A DNA stretch of 58,885 nucleotides, filler included. It is 2 parts of 2 records of this genome, joined end to end, with 100 filler letters (N's around TTAATTAATTAA, not from the genome) between each part and the next. Parts side by side here need not be neighbours in the genome. Positions count along the whole stretch, not along the records: positions 30,402 to 58,885 come from SRR31156797_8699; 1 more part is not named here. One strand, written 5' to 3'. Positions within the stretch are counted from its first letter, which is position 1, and each line of letters begins with the position of its first letter. The notes below the pieces were generated by a model. The model ran no database searches and had not been told where the DNA came from. It saw nothing but the letters and a program-made list of their open reading frames with translations. Position numbers and translations under genes: made by a program. Of the stretch, positions 30,736 to 39,929 are shown piece after piece.

Positions 30736-31440
30736 TGCTGTTCTTTTTTTATGCCCCCAAGGACAACTAGCCACACAAACCCCGCAAATATATGGCATCA
30801 AATTTCCGTATCCCGATACCTTGTTCAAATGATCCACGCAGGAAGATAAGTCGATAGCTTCATTTCGTGATGCGTAATGAAAGGAAGTCTTGACGTTTTT
30901 AATTGCTCCGGCAGGGCAGGCATCGGTGCATTTTGTGCATTTTCCGCAACGGTTTTTGATTGGTTCATCTGTCTCAATACCTAGGTCAGTGAGGATAGTT
31001 GCCAGTCGAATTCGTGGGCCGTATTGCGGAGTAACCAGCAGTAATGATTTGCCTTGCCAGCCTAATCCGGCATTAATCGCTACTGCTTTGTGGGAAAGAT
31101 AGGAGACGAAACGTTCTTCGCAGAGAATTTGACTGGCTGGAATGGGCAGTGCTTTGCCGCCATTGTTCTGGATAAAACTGCTTACCCGGCAGGCAATATT
31201 ATCGAGAAGGGAGTTAACGCGTTGGTAATGCTGGGAATATATTTCGGTGGGAGTATCGACTATAGTGTCGATGATTCCATCTGCCAGCTGAACTGCTATT
31301 GAAATTGCTCGCGGGAAATTATTCAGCAGATCGTCCGGCCTGGTTTCCATCCCTGTCATGCGGGTTGTGTCTGCAACGCCAATCAGGTCCGCGCCCCATT
31401 GTTTTGCGTTGCCGAACAGCTCTTTTTTCAGGTCAGTCAT
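30715..31440 (-). CDS. QueG-like (epoxyqueuosine reductase family) 4Fe-4S protein
   Basis: GADLIGVA, SHKAVAINAGLGWQGKS, YGPRIRLATILTD, CGKCTKCTDACP and CGVCVASCPW; RBS AGGAG before ATG 31440. Confidence 0.75.
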   Translation of the reverse strand: MTDLKKELFGNAKQWGADLIGVADTTRMTGMETRPDDLLNNFPRAISIAVQLADGIIDTIVDTPTEIYSQHYQRVNSLLDNIACRVSSFIQNNGGKALPIPASQILCEERFVSYLSHKAVAINAGLGWQGKSLLLVTPQYGPRIRLATILTDLGIETDEPIKNRCGKCTKCTDACPAGAIKNVKTSFHYASRNEAIDLSSCVDHLNKVSGYGNLMPYICGVCVASCPWGHKKRTASTTIRS

Positions 31441-31548
31441 TAATTCACTCCTGATCAATCATTCTTGCTACATATGAACACACTAGATAATGTCAGAGCA
31501 ACCTTAATTGATATAGAATGAAATTGACATTAACCGTTAGAAACTGAG

Positions 31549-32640
31549 CTATTCCTCCACAACTTCAACCAACTTTCGCAAAACCAGCGGCGTATTAAAA
31601 TTTTCCAGCACTCGCTGACGTCCCGCAGCACCCATCTTCTTTCTTAATTTCACATCAGTAATCAATTTTTCTAAGGCCATAGCCAGCTTCTCGGGATTTT
31701 CTACCGGAACAAGAATACCGGTTTCACCGTCCGCAACAACTTCTGGATTAGAGCTGATGTTAAATCCTACTACGGGTTTTTCCAAGGTCATGGCTTCAAC
31801 TAGGGCATAACCGAACCCTTCCCAGAGGGAGGGTAGGCAGAAAATATCCTGTGAAGCATGGAAGCTTTTCATGTTTTCGATGAAACCTAGGAACGAAACC
31901 TTGTCGGGTACGTCAAGTTCTTTGGCGTAATCTTTCAGCTCTTGTTCCATTTCGCCTTTTCCAGCGATGAGTATTTTGAAATTTAAGCCCTTTGCTTTGA
32001 GCAGTTTTGCGGACTCTATAAGGTGTTTTTGACCCTTTTGAGCGGTCAAACGGGCCGCATTTCCGATTACAACTTCATCGTTTTCAGGAGTGTAGAGCGA
32101 GGAAAAGTCTTGCTTATCGAATTCGAAAACATCGAAGCCGTTGTAAATTTGGCGGATTTTGTTTTCGTCAATGAGGCTGGGGTTATTGGTTAAAACTGTC
32201 CGTTTTGTTTCAAGTGAGTTGACGATTAAGCGGTCAACAACGTTTTTGAATATGTAGCGGTTGAGGATCGAATTTTTTACCGGGACGGCGATTCCTCGGC
32301 GGTAAATGACTCTGTTAACCCCGGCGCGTTTGGCGGCAATGCCTCCGCTTTTGAGATCAGAAGGCAGGGCGGTGATTAAAGTCTGAATGTTGTTGGCCTT
32401 AAAAAAGGATTTCAAGCGGCCCATTAAAATGGGATTCAGGAAGGAAAGATTGCCGATCGGCTCGCTGTGCAGGGTGATGCCCGGTTCGTTTTCAAGGCGG
32501 GTTTTCAATTCGGATTTATGGTTGGTTACCACGAATACGTTGTAACCTTGATCCCGGAGGAGCAGGGAAAAGTGGTGATTCCACTTCTCCCCGCCGCCCC
32601 AGGCTTTATTGCTATTGAAGAAGCATATGTTTTTATTCAC
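31549..32640 (-). CDS. Glycosyltransferase family 4
   Basis: WGGGEK, IYNG, RLTAQKG, PSLWEGFGYALVEAM (EX7E), GETGILV. Confidence 0.93.
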   Translation of the reverse strand: MNKNICFFNSNKAWGGGEKWNHHFSLLLRDQGYNVFVVTNHKSELKTRLENEPGITLHSEPIGNLSFLNPILMGRLKSFFKANNIQTLITALPSDLKSGGIAAKRAGVNRVIYRRGIAVPVKNSILNRYIFKNVVDRLIVNSLETKRTVLTNNPSLIDENKIRQIYNGFDVFEFDKQDFSSLYTPENDEVVIGNAARLTAQKGQKHLIESAKLLKAKGLNFKILIAGKGEMEQELKDYAKELDVPDKVSFLGFIENMKSFHASQDIFCLPSLWEGFGYALVEAMTLEKPVVGFNISSNPEVVADGETGILVPVENPEKLAMALEKLITDVKLRKKMGAAGRQRVLENFNTPLVLRKLVEVVEE

Positions 32641-34729
32641 TTAACTTAATTCCAAGTGCGTCTGCTGTCAGCTGTGGGATTGACTCAAGGCTGGGGCAGA
32701 CTGTGAATCCTGCTTCACGCATTTTTTCCAGCTTGCCTTGTACCCCGGTTCCTTCTTGGAGGATTGCACCTGCGTGGCCCAGACGTTTGCCCGGAGGTGC
32801 GGTCTGACCAGCAATAAAGGAAAGTACGGGTTTGTCAAATCCTGTTTCGATCACGTAGTCTGCAAGGTCCTGCTCTGCGGTTCCGCCGATCTCACCTAGA
32901 ACCATGACGGCCTTGGTTTCATCGTGATTGCGGAGCATTTCAAATACATCCGCAAAGGTGGTGCCGATGTAGGAGTCCCCGCCGATACCGATGGACAGGG
33001 ACTGGCCGATACCCACCTGATTGAGGCGGTCGGCGACCTCGTAGGTCAAGGTGCCGGAACGGGAAAGAACAGCCACCGGACCGGGAGAGAACGGGGTGGT
33101 GGGCAGGATGCCGATTTTGGTCTGTCCGGGTACAATCATGCCCGGAGTATTGGGACCGACAATGCGGGATTTACCGCCTTTGACCTGTTCCAGAACATTG
33201 AGCATGGCCGACTGGACAATGCCTTCGGTGATGCAGACAACCCACGGCACTTCGCAGGATGCCGCTTCCAGAATGGCGTCAGTTGCCAGCTTGGGCGGTA
33301 CGAAAATGATGCTGGCTCCGATTTCATGGTGCCGCTGGGCATCTTTGATAGAGTTGTATACCGGAACTCCGAGCACTTCCTGACCGCCCTTGAAAGGGGT
33401 TACCCCGGCAACGATGTTGGAGCCGTATTCGAGCATAAGCTTGGTATGCAAGCGGCCTTCAGCACCGGTAATACCTTGCACAAGGATGGGGGTGTCCTTG
33501 TCGATACCGAAGGTATGCGGCGATTTGTAGCCGATGTCCTTGGGACGGGAGTCAGGCATGGCCGCGATGGGTTCGGGAAATTCAATTTTCTGCGCATCAG
33601 CAGGCTTGAGCTTGGTCAGCAGGTCGAGGGCTTCCTGCATGTTTCTGGCCCGATGCAGCTTATCGCCTTTAACTTGCTTGAGCACTTCAAGTCCTTCCTC
33701 GGCGCTGTTACCGGACATGCGCACTACGATTGGCTTTTCAGGCTCTTTGCCGCCTAGTGCTGCCACGAGGGCCTTGGCAACCAGTTCGCAGGAAAGGATG
33801 CCGCCGAAAAGGTTGATCAGGATCGCTTTGACCTGATCATCATCAAATAGCAGACGCAGGGCTGTCTCAATGCGTTTCTGGTCCGCAGCACCGCCGAGGT
33901 CGAGGAAGTTGGCCGCCGGGAGATCAGAGAAGTTGAGTGCATCCATAGAGGCCATGGCCAGACCTGCGCCGTTGGCGATCAGGCCAACCCAGCCTTTGAG
34001 GGAGACAAAGCTCATCCCGGCGTCGCGGGCGATGTTTTCCACCGGGGTGGAGTGTTCGGGCTGGTAGTATTTTTCAAGTGCGGGGTTGAGATCGACGATG
34101 TTGTCATCCATCTCAATTTTACCATCAAGGGCAAGCAACTTGCCGTATCCGGTCAGGGCCAGCGGGTTTATTTCAGCCAGCAACAGACCGTAATCGATCA
34201 TGGTGTTGTAGAGATTTTTAACGATGTTGCTGAAATCCGCGAAAAGTTCTTTGGCAATGCCGATATGGAAGAATGCAGCGCGAATCTGGTTGGGTTGCAA
34301 TCCGCCGGGAAGGCTGATTTCCTGAATGAGCAGGTTTTCAGGACCCATATTTTCGATTTCCACCCCACCTTCACGGCCTACAGTCATGATGACTTTGCGA
34401 CGCTGGCGGGAGAGAGTCAGGGAAAGATAAAATTCCTTACGGATATCCACCGCAGGCTCGGCCCGCAGAAAGGGGACCTTGTTGCCCTTGATCTCCATGC
34501 TGAGAATCTGGCGGGCAATCTTCTCGTATTCGTCCCGTGAATCAACCTTCTGGATACCTCCGGCCTTACCGCGGCCACCAACAGGGACCTGAGCTTTAAG
34601 AATCCACGGCAGGGGGAAGTATGGTTCCAGCCCGGGCAAATCTTTTTCAGTGATTTTTACCCCGGTGGGTACGGGAAGTCCGGCAGCCTCTTTGAGCAGT
34701 ACTTTACTTAAGTGTTCGTTGAGCAGCAT
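32633..34729 (-). CDS. sucCD: Fused succinyl-CoA synthetase beta/alpha subunits
   Basis: Beta motifs KAQVPVGGRGKAGG, EINPL, NGAGLAM, ANFLDLGG, then alpha motifs VQGITG, VGPNTPG, SRSGTLTYE, GHAGA (phospho-His) in one ORF. Confidence 0.93.
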   Translation of the reverse strand: MLLNEHLSKVLLKEAAGLPVPTGVKITEKDLPGLEPYFPLPWILKAQVPVGGRGKAGGIQKVDSRDEYEKIARQILSMEIKGNKVPFLRAEPAVDIRKEFYLSLTLSRQRRKVIMTVGREGGVEIENMGPENLLIQEISLPGGLQPNQIRAAFFHIGIAKELFADFSNIVKNLYNTMIDYGLLLAEINPLALTGYGKLLALDGKIEMDDNIVDLNPALEKYYQPEHSTPVENIARDAGMSFVSLKGWVGLIANGAGLAMASMDALNFSDLPAANFLDLGGAADQKRIETALRLLFDDDQVKAILINLFGGILSCELVAKALVAALGGKEPEKPIVVRMSGNSAEEGLEVLKQVKGDKLHRARNMQEALDLLTKLKPADAQKIEFPEPIAAMPDSRPKDIGYKSPHTFGIDKDTPILVQGITGAEGRLHTKLMLEYGSNIVAGVTPFKGGQEVLGVPVYNSIKDAQRHHEIGASIIFVPPKLATDAILEAASCEVPWVVCITEGIVQSAMLNVLEQVKGGKSRIVGPNTPGMIVPGQTKIGILPTTPFSPGPVAVLSRSGTLTYEVADRLNQVGIGQSLSIGIGGDSYIGTTFADVFEMLRNHDETKAVMVLGEIGGTAEQDLADYVIETGFDKPVLSFIAGQTAPPGKRLGHAGAILQEGTGVQGKLEKMREAGFTVCPSLESIPQLTADALGIKLSE

Positions 34730-34997
34730 ACTCCCTCCAGTATGTCTATTGCAAATGTACAGTTAAATTGAGCAGGTATTTAACGGTTAATATTTGTACG
34801 ACAATCATCTTGAGCTTTTGATGATACTCGTACCCATGGCGTATAATTCAATTATATGGCACTCTCAAGGTTAATTAGTAATTTCATTTGCGGTTTGAAT
34901 GCTTGTCTAGTCCGGGAAACGTTAAAAATAAAAGGATAGGGCGGAAATAAAAAATTTCCGTATAAAGTTTTTGAACTGCACTCCTAAAGGAAATTTT

Positions 34998-35783
34998 ATG
35001 GCAGATTTTAAAGATTTAACCGATGCTTTAACGGATGAGGTCCTCAGCGATATGGCGGATTCCTTTTTTGGCGCCCGTGTGGACGTGGATGATGCCATTG
35101 AGTTGTTTCATGAGGTTTCGGAGAAGCTTCATGTTAAACTTTATCAGGTTTTCCGGTCCTGTGCGCTGCTTGAGAAGATCTGCCTCGGCCCTGACGGGTT
35201 TAATGATTTTTGGGTCTCAGCCGGGATGAGCAGGAACCGTTTTTATCATCCTGCCGGAGTTGAGTTCGCTCAGATTATTGATAAACCGCCTTTCGCTTTC
35301 ACCGGCAGGGGGGAATATATCAAGTGGTTTGGTATCGGTTACGATATGCTTTCCGCAAGCATTGAAGAATACATGCACGGCTCAATTAAAGAAGATGGAA
35401 ACGGGCGCAAGGTGCGCACTGTTAATCGTGATGATTTTTTCAAGATGGCTGAGGAAATCAATATTCAGATTGAAAAGGTCAACAAGAATGTTACTGCTTC
35501 GGACGTGCTGAAATTTACCAAGTCTCTTGATCCTGAATCTGTGAAGAAGGAGAGCATTGCCGGATGTGTAGGGCCGCAATGTAAGATTATTGATGACGAG
35601 ATGGCTTTCACTGTAATTACGGTTAAGGATATTGATTTTCCAGCTTTTCCGGACCTGCCGGACCGTAAGGATATGGCAACGTATATTTCCGGGTATTGTT
35701 CACAGGTCTGGACCCGCGATAAGGTTCGGGTCAAGGCTTTGATTGAAGATTTGAAAGAGAATGTGAATAAGGAGTTGTTATGA
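34998..35783 (+). CDS. Hypothetical protein
   Basis: Long ORF; ATG at 34998 after AAGGA; stop overlaps the next start (ATGA). Confidence 0.7.
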   Translation: MADFKDLTDALTDEVLSDMADSFFGARVDVDDAIELFHEVSEKLHVKLYQVFRSCALLEKICLGPDGFNDFWVSAGMSRNRFYHPAGVEFAQIIDKPPFAFTGRGEYIKWFGIGYDMLSASIEEYMHGSIKEDGNGRKVRTVNRDDFFKMAEEINIQIEKVNKNVTASDVLKFTKSLDPESVKKESIAGCVGPQCKIIDDEMAFTVITVKDIDFPAFPDLPDRKDMATYISGYCSQVWTRDKVRVKALIEDLKENVNKELL

Positions 35784-36271
35784 AGAAAATGCTTGTTTCA
35801 GTGTTGATCCTGCTGCTTGTGCTGTGCTTGGGAACAACTGTTATTGCTGAAGAGAAAAAGGCTTTGCCAGATTCCAAGGCTAAACCCGCTCCGGTAGAAA
35901 AAGTAAACCAGACTGCTGAAAAACAAGGGGTTCCAGTGGTTGTTATTCACAATGGAGATGACGTGTTAGGCGGCACTCTGGCTTTAAAGTTGAAGGAGAA
36001 CTTTAGGAAATCTGTTCTTTTTACTTTGGCTGGGAAGGATACTAAATCTGTACGGGTTGTTGTTGAATCCCGCAGTGAATTTAATGAAAGGCCTGAAATC
36101 GGTTCGGTTTATTCCGTGGTCTGGACTTTTGCGGAAAGCGAAGGCGTAGTACCTTTTTATCTTAAGCAGGAGCTGGGCCTTGTGACTTCTCGCAATGTGG
36201 AAAACAGTGCAGCCGGATTGATAAATGAAACTGACAAAGTGGCTGGAGAATATAAGTATTTGTTTGAATAA
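35780..36271 (+). CDS. Hypothetical exported protein
   Basis: RBS AAGGAG; signal peptide MKKMLVSVLILLLVLCLGTTVIA. Confidence 0.75.
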   Translation: MKKMLVSVLILLLVLCLGTTVIAEEKKALPDSKAKPAPVEKVNQTAEKQGVPVVVIHNGDDVLGGTLALKLKENFRKSVLFTLAGKDTKSVRVVVESRSEFNERPEIGSVYSVVWTFAESEGVVPFYLKQELGLVTSRNVENSAAGLINETDKVAGEYKYLFE

Positions 36272-36416
36272 TTTAGTGACGGTGAAATTGAAGCGATTGT
36301 TGCTGTCTTTCTTTGTTTTTGTTTTGCATTATTCTGCCTGGGTGTGTAGTGTGCCTCTATAGTAGAGTTGTTAAGGGTCAGATTGTATTGTTTAACTGTA
36401 TTGAATGGAGGGGCAA

Positions 36417-36779
36417 ATGCAGAAGTTTTTATCATTTACTTTGTTGTTCGTTTTTCTTTATACAGCAACCGCTCTCGCTGATGATTTTATTCCGATTGAA
36501 GTTGAAAATAAATGTTCATGCTACCTGTCTATCCCTTCTGTAGTAAAAGGGACAACTCATAAAACCAATGGTCTGGTTTCCCCCGGTGAATCTAAGGTTT
36601 TGTACTATAATAAAGATTATTTGAAGTGGACCAACAATAAGGTCATAATTTATATGCAGACCAGTAAGTTGCAAAAGCTTAAGGATGAAGCTTATCCCGT
36701 TGGTTCGCGTCCTAAGAAAATTGTGGTGAAAGCTTCAGGCGTTGATTTGGGTTGTAATGCAAAAGTTAGCGTCCAGTAA
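36417..36779 (+). CDS. Small hypothetical exported protein
   Basis: RBS GGAGG; signal peptide ending ATALA; beta-rich mature part with Cys residues. Confidence 0.65.
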   Translation: MQKFLSFTLLFVFLYTATALADDFIPIEVENKCSCYLSIPSVVKGTTHKTNGLVSPGESKVLYYNKDYLKWTNNKVIIYMQTSKLQKLKDEAYPVGSRPKKIVVKASGVDLGCNAKVSVQ

Positions 36780-37943
36780 TTAAATCCTCCTTCTGCTGCC
36801 GCAAAAGGTCTTGATTTTCATGGCCCGCATATTACGCAGTTTTTCTCCTGATTCTTTACCAAGATTCCTCTCGTGGGCTGGCAGGGAGACTTTCAGAATC
36901 TCTGCCAGATCTGCGGGAGCGTGTCCAAGTACCCCTTCTCCTCGGTCTGCATTGCAAAGATTTATCATGTTTCCAAGTAACCCGGAGACATGCAGTTTCA
37001 TCAGCAGGTCTACCTTGGTTCCGGGTCTCAGTTCCTGATAATTACCAGCTTTCATGTGTAATTCTGCAGCGTTTTCCCCGGCACGGATGAATTTTGCCGG
37101 GAGCATGAGTCTGCTCCCCAGTTCTTTCGCAGGAAGCATGCCTACTTTGTCATGGCCGTAGTGTGAGGGCAGGATGTCCGGTGCAGTCAGCACTTTGCCC
37201 AGATCATGACACATGGCCATCCAGCAGGTTAGTGGATCACCTGCAACTTTATCCATTATTTCAGCTGTATGTCCGGCAACGGATTTATCGTGATATTCAG
37301 GAGGGCCGGCCGGAATTTGATCCGCTCCGGAAAATTCAGTGAACCACGGTTCAAGGCAATTTCCCTGAATTAGTAAACGCAAGAAGTTTCCGGGTTTTTG
37401 ACCATTTAAGCCCTTACGCAACTCCACGCCGATCCGATCCGGGGCAATGTCTGCAAACCAGCCGTTAACAACACAACGCTTCATTTCCGAAAGCAGTTCC
37501 GGGTGAGGGCTGAAATCCGGGAACCGGGCCATGAAAGTTGCTGCTCTGAATATACGTAGAGGGTCTTCTTTGAAGGTGTCCGGGAAAGATGGGCGTAAAA
37601 TTCGGTTGTGTAGGTCTTTTAACCCCTTAGGGTGGGCGTATAGTTCTCCGTCTTCAGCCAGTGCGAAGCTATTAACAGTGAAGTCACGTGCTTTTAGGTC
37701 AAGGTCGATAGTTTCCTCTGTGTTGTTGCCTCTGGCCCTTGGGAAGGAAAATTCGAGACCTTTAAGATAAAAAATTTCATAAGATTTGCCCACTGGGCGG
37801 GCCTTAGGAAATGCAGCGAGAAACTCTTCGGCAGAACCGGATGCGATAAGGTAATCCAAATCTTTTGGAGTTCTACCGAGCAGTAAGTCTCTTACAGATC
37901 CTCCTGCAATTAATATTTTTAAATTATTATGATTTTTGCTCAT
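36780..37943 (-). CDS. Class II tRNA nucleotidyltransferase with HD domain (probably CC-adding)
   Basis: GGSVRDLLLG..DLD, RDFTVN, EDPLR, CHDLGK. Confidence 0.85.
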   Translation of the reverse strand: MSKNHNNLKILIAGGSVRDLLLGRTPKDLDYLIASGSAEEFLAAFPKARPVGKSYEIFYLKGLEFSFPRARGNNTEETIDLDLKARDFTVNSFALAEDGELYAHPKGLKDLHNRILRPSFPDTFKEDPLRIFRAATFMARFPDFSPHPELLSEMKRCVVNGWFADIAPDRIGVELRKGLNGQKPGNFLRLLIQGNCLEPWFTEFSGADQIPAGPPEYHDKSVAGHTAEIMDKVAGDPLTCWMAMCHDLGKVLTAPDILPSHYGHDKVGMLPAKELGSRLMLPAKFIRAGENAAELHMKAGNYQELRPGTKVDLLMKLHVSGLLGNMINLCNADRGEGVLGHAPADLAEILKVSLPAHERNLGKESGEKLRNMRAMKIKTFCGSRRRI

Positions 37944-38032
37944 TTGTAGATCTTTTGATTTTAATGGCCGATAACAAATCTTTAATGATTAGCGTTCTTG
38001 ATTAATTTAAGTTTGATGGTATCGTATGATCA

Positions 38033-38713
38033 ATGAAAAATAAAATACTCATAATAATGTTTTTTGCTGTTGTTGTGGTGCTGTTTTTTGCCTTTGATTT
38101 GGATAAGTTCCTGACTCTTGAATATTTAAAAAATTCACGGCAGGAGTTTCAGTTTTTTTATGATCAGAACCCATTTCTAACTGTTTTTTCTTTCTTTTTG
38201 GTTTATGTGCTGGTTGTGGGCGTAAATCTTCCCGGAGCAACGGTGCTTGGGCTTGCTGGTGGAGCCTTGTTCGGCTTTACCGTGGGTGTGTTGACCATTT
38301 CTTTTGCCAGCACTATCGGTGCTACATTGGCCTGTCTTTTTTCACGTTATCTGTTTAGGGATTACGTGCAGCGTAAGTTTGGGGACCGGCTGGAAAAAGT
38401 TAATCGGGGCATTGAAGAAGAAGGTGCGTTTTATCTTTTTACCATGCGGCTTATCCCGGCCATTCCTTTTGTGGTTATCAACTTGGTCATGGGGCTTACT
38501 CCGATCAGGTTAAGGACTTTTTATTGGGTTTCACAGCTGGGTATGCTACCTGGAACAATGGTTTATGTTAATGCCGGAAAGGAACTCGGCCAGATTGATT
38601 CCTTATCTGGGATTGTTCAGCCTGGAGTTTTGATTTCGTTTGTGCTGCTGGGGATATTCCCATTGGTTGTGAAGAAGGTGGTAGGACTTGTTAAGGTCCG
38701 TCGGAATGTGTAA
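38033..38713 (+). CDS. TVP38/TMEM64 (DedA/VTT-domain) membrane protein
   Basis: LPGATVL..GGALFG, GATLA...SRYL, RLIPAIPFVVIN, GMLPGT. Confidence 0.9.
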   Translation: MKNKILIIMFFAVVVVLFFAFDLDKFLTLEYLKNSRQEFQFFYDQNPFLTVFSFFLVYVLVVGVNLPGATVLGLAGGALFGFTVGVLTISFASTIGATLACLFSRYLFRDYVQRKFGDRLEKVNRGIEEEGAFYLFTMRLIPAIPFVVINLVMGLTPIRLRTFYWVSQLGMLPGTMVYVNAGKELGQIDSLSGIVQPGVLISFVLLGIFPLVVKKVVGLVKVRRNV

Positions 38714-38752
38714 TATTTAGAAAAAATTTATTTTTATTAAGTACGGTTAAAG

Positions 38753-39928
38753 ATGATTGTCAGGACAGCGCCAAGTATTCGGACCTACCATAAGGGTAAG
38801 GTTATTTTTCACGAAGGACAGGAAAGCAAGATTGCTTATATGATCAAGTCTGGAACTGTCGATATTTTCAAGATAATCGACAAGAAAAAGACCGTCATGG
38901 GAACCCTGCGCCAAGGTGATATTTTTGGTGAAATGTCTTTGCTTGCTAATCAGAAACGCACGGCCAGTGCAGAGGCCTCCAGTTTCTGCGAATTGGTGGT
39001 ACTGACCGAAGAGATGATGAACAAGTTGCTTCGGGCATCTCCCGAGACAGTGCGTAAGATGTTGGAACTGTTGGCTAAGAGGGTTGCTGCTACTGATATG
39101 AAAGCTTCCAACTCTGATCAGAATGATTCTTTTATCGCTCTTGCAACCATTCTTGATCTCGCTTACCGGGAATTTGCCTATACCCCCCGTAATAAACAGC
39201 GTGAAATCGAAAATTACGAAATGGGTCTTTCTGTGCAGTCATATACCGATACAGTCAAAAATCTGGCCGCCTTTTCGAATCTTGAGATTGAATCTTTTTT
39301 GGAAATAGTTTTCAAGCTGCGATTGATTGATATAAAAAGCGTCAAAAAGGGTGATAAAAGCGCATTTGTTGAGCGATATATCAACATTAAAAAATTTGAG
39401 CAGTTTATGCCTAATTTGCGCAACCTTTATAAGCAGATGAGGGAACTTGGTGCGAATGTGGATCAGCGCATGACTTTTATGAGTTTCAGTGATCTGGCAC
39501 AAAGAACCGGCAGTACTCCAGATCTGATTTATAAAAAGGTAATTAAAGAAGAGATGCCTGAAAATCTGCTCTTTTTTAATCGGGAAAAAGCGCTTGAGTG
39601 GGGCAAAGGCAAGGATCCTGATTTTTTTAAGAAGTTTCGCAGACCTCGCAAAGCCCTTGAAGATCTTGAATCTGTGGAAGATATTATTTTTATTGATAAT
39701 CCAACCCTTAAAAAGGCTCTTGAAGGATTCAATTATTATAATATTTCGGTTCTCTATTCGGCCATGGATCAGCAGGGGAGGGATAAGCTTAAGCGAAACA
39801 TAGGTAAGAAGGTTGCTCAGATTTTACTTCGTGAACCACCTACCAATCGTGACCCCAGTGATCCGGAAGTCCTTGAATGTTGTGATGAACTCCTTGATAT
39901 TGTCCGAAAATTGAAGGGAGTGAAGTAG
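38753..39928 (+). CDS. Cyclic-nucleotide-binding protein with HTH-like middle region and FliG-C-like C-terminus (paralog 1)
   Basis: IFHEGQ, YMIKSGTV, FGEMSLL...RTASA phosphate-binding cassette; C-terminal EDIIFIDNPTLKKAL...RNIGKKVAQIL...LLDIVRKL. Confidence 0.85.
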   Translation: MIVRTAPSIRTYHKGKVIFHEGQESKIAYMIKSGTVDIFKIIDKKKTVMGTLRQGDIFGEMSLLANQKRTASAEASSFCELVVLTEEMMNKLLRASPETVRKMLELLAKRVAATDMKASNSDQNDSFIALATILDLAYREFAYTPRNKQREIENYEMGLSVQSYTDTVKNLAAFSNLEIESFLEIVFKLRLIDIKSVKKGDKSAFVERYINIKKFEQFMPNLRNLYKQMRELGANVDQRMTFMSFSDLAQRTGSTPDLIYKKVIKEEMPENLLFFNREKALEWGKGKDPDFFKKFRRPRKALEDLESVEDIIFIDNPTLKKALEGFNYYNISVLYSAMDQQGRDKLKRNIGKKVAQILLREPPTNRDPSDPEVLECCDELLDIVRKLKGVK

Positions 39929-39929
39929 T

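Noticed and set aside
30715-31440. Reductive dehalogenase
   Set aside because: Shares the cobalamin/Fe-S fold motifs but is too short, has no Tat signal and has no rdhB anchor gene; QueG-like is more appropriate
32924-34540. Long plus-strand ORFs (277 aa, 162 aa and others) opposite sucCD
   Set aside because: Antisense shadows of a well-supported gene with biased codon usage; no motifs
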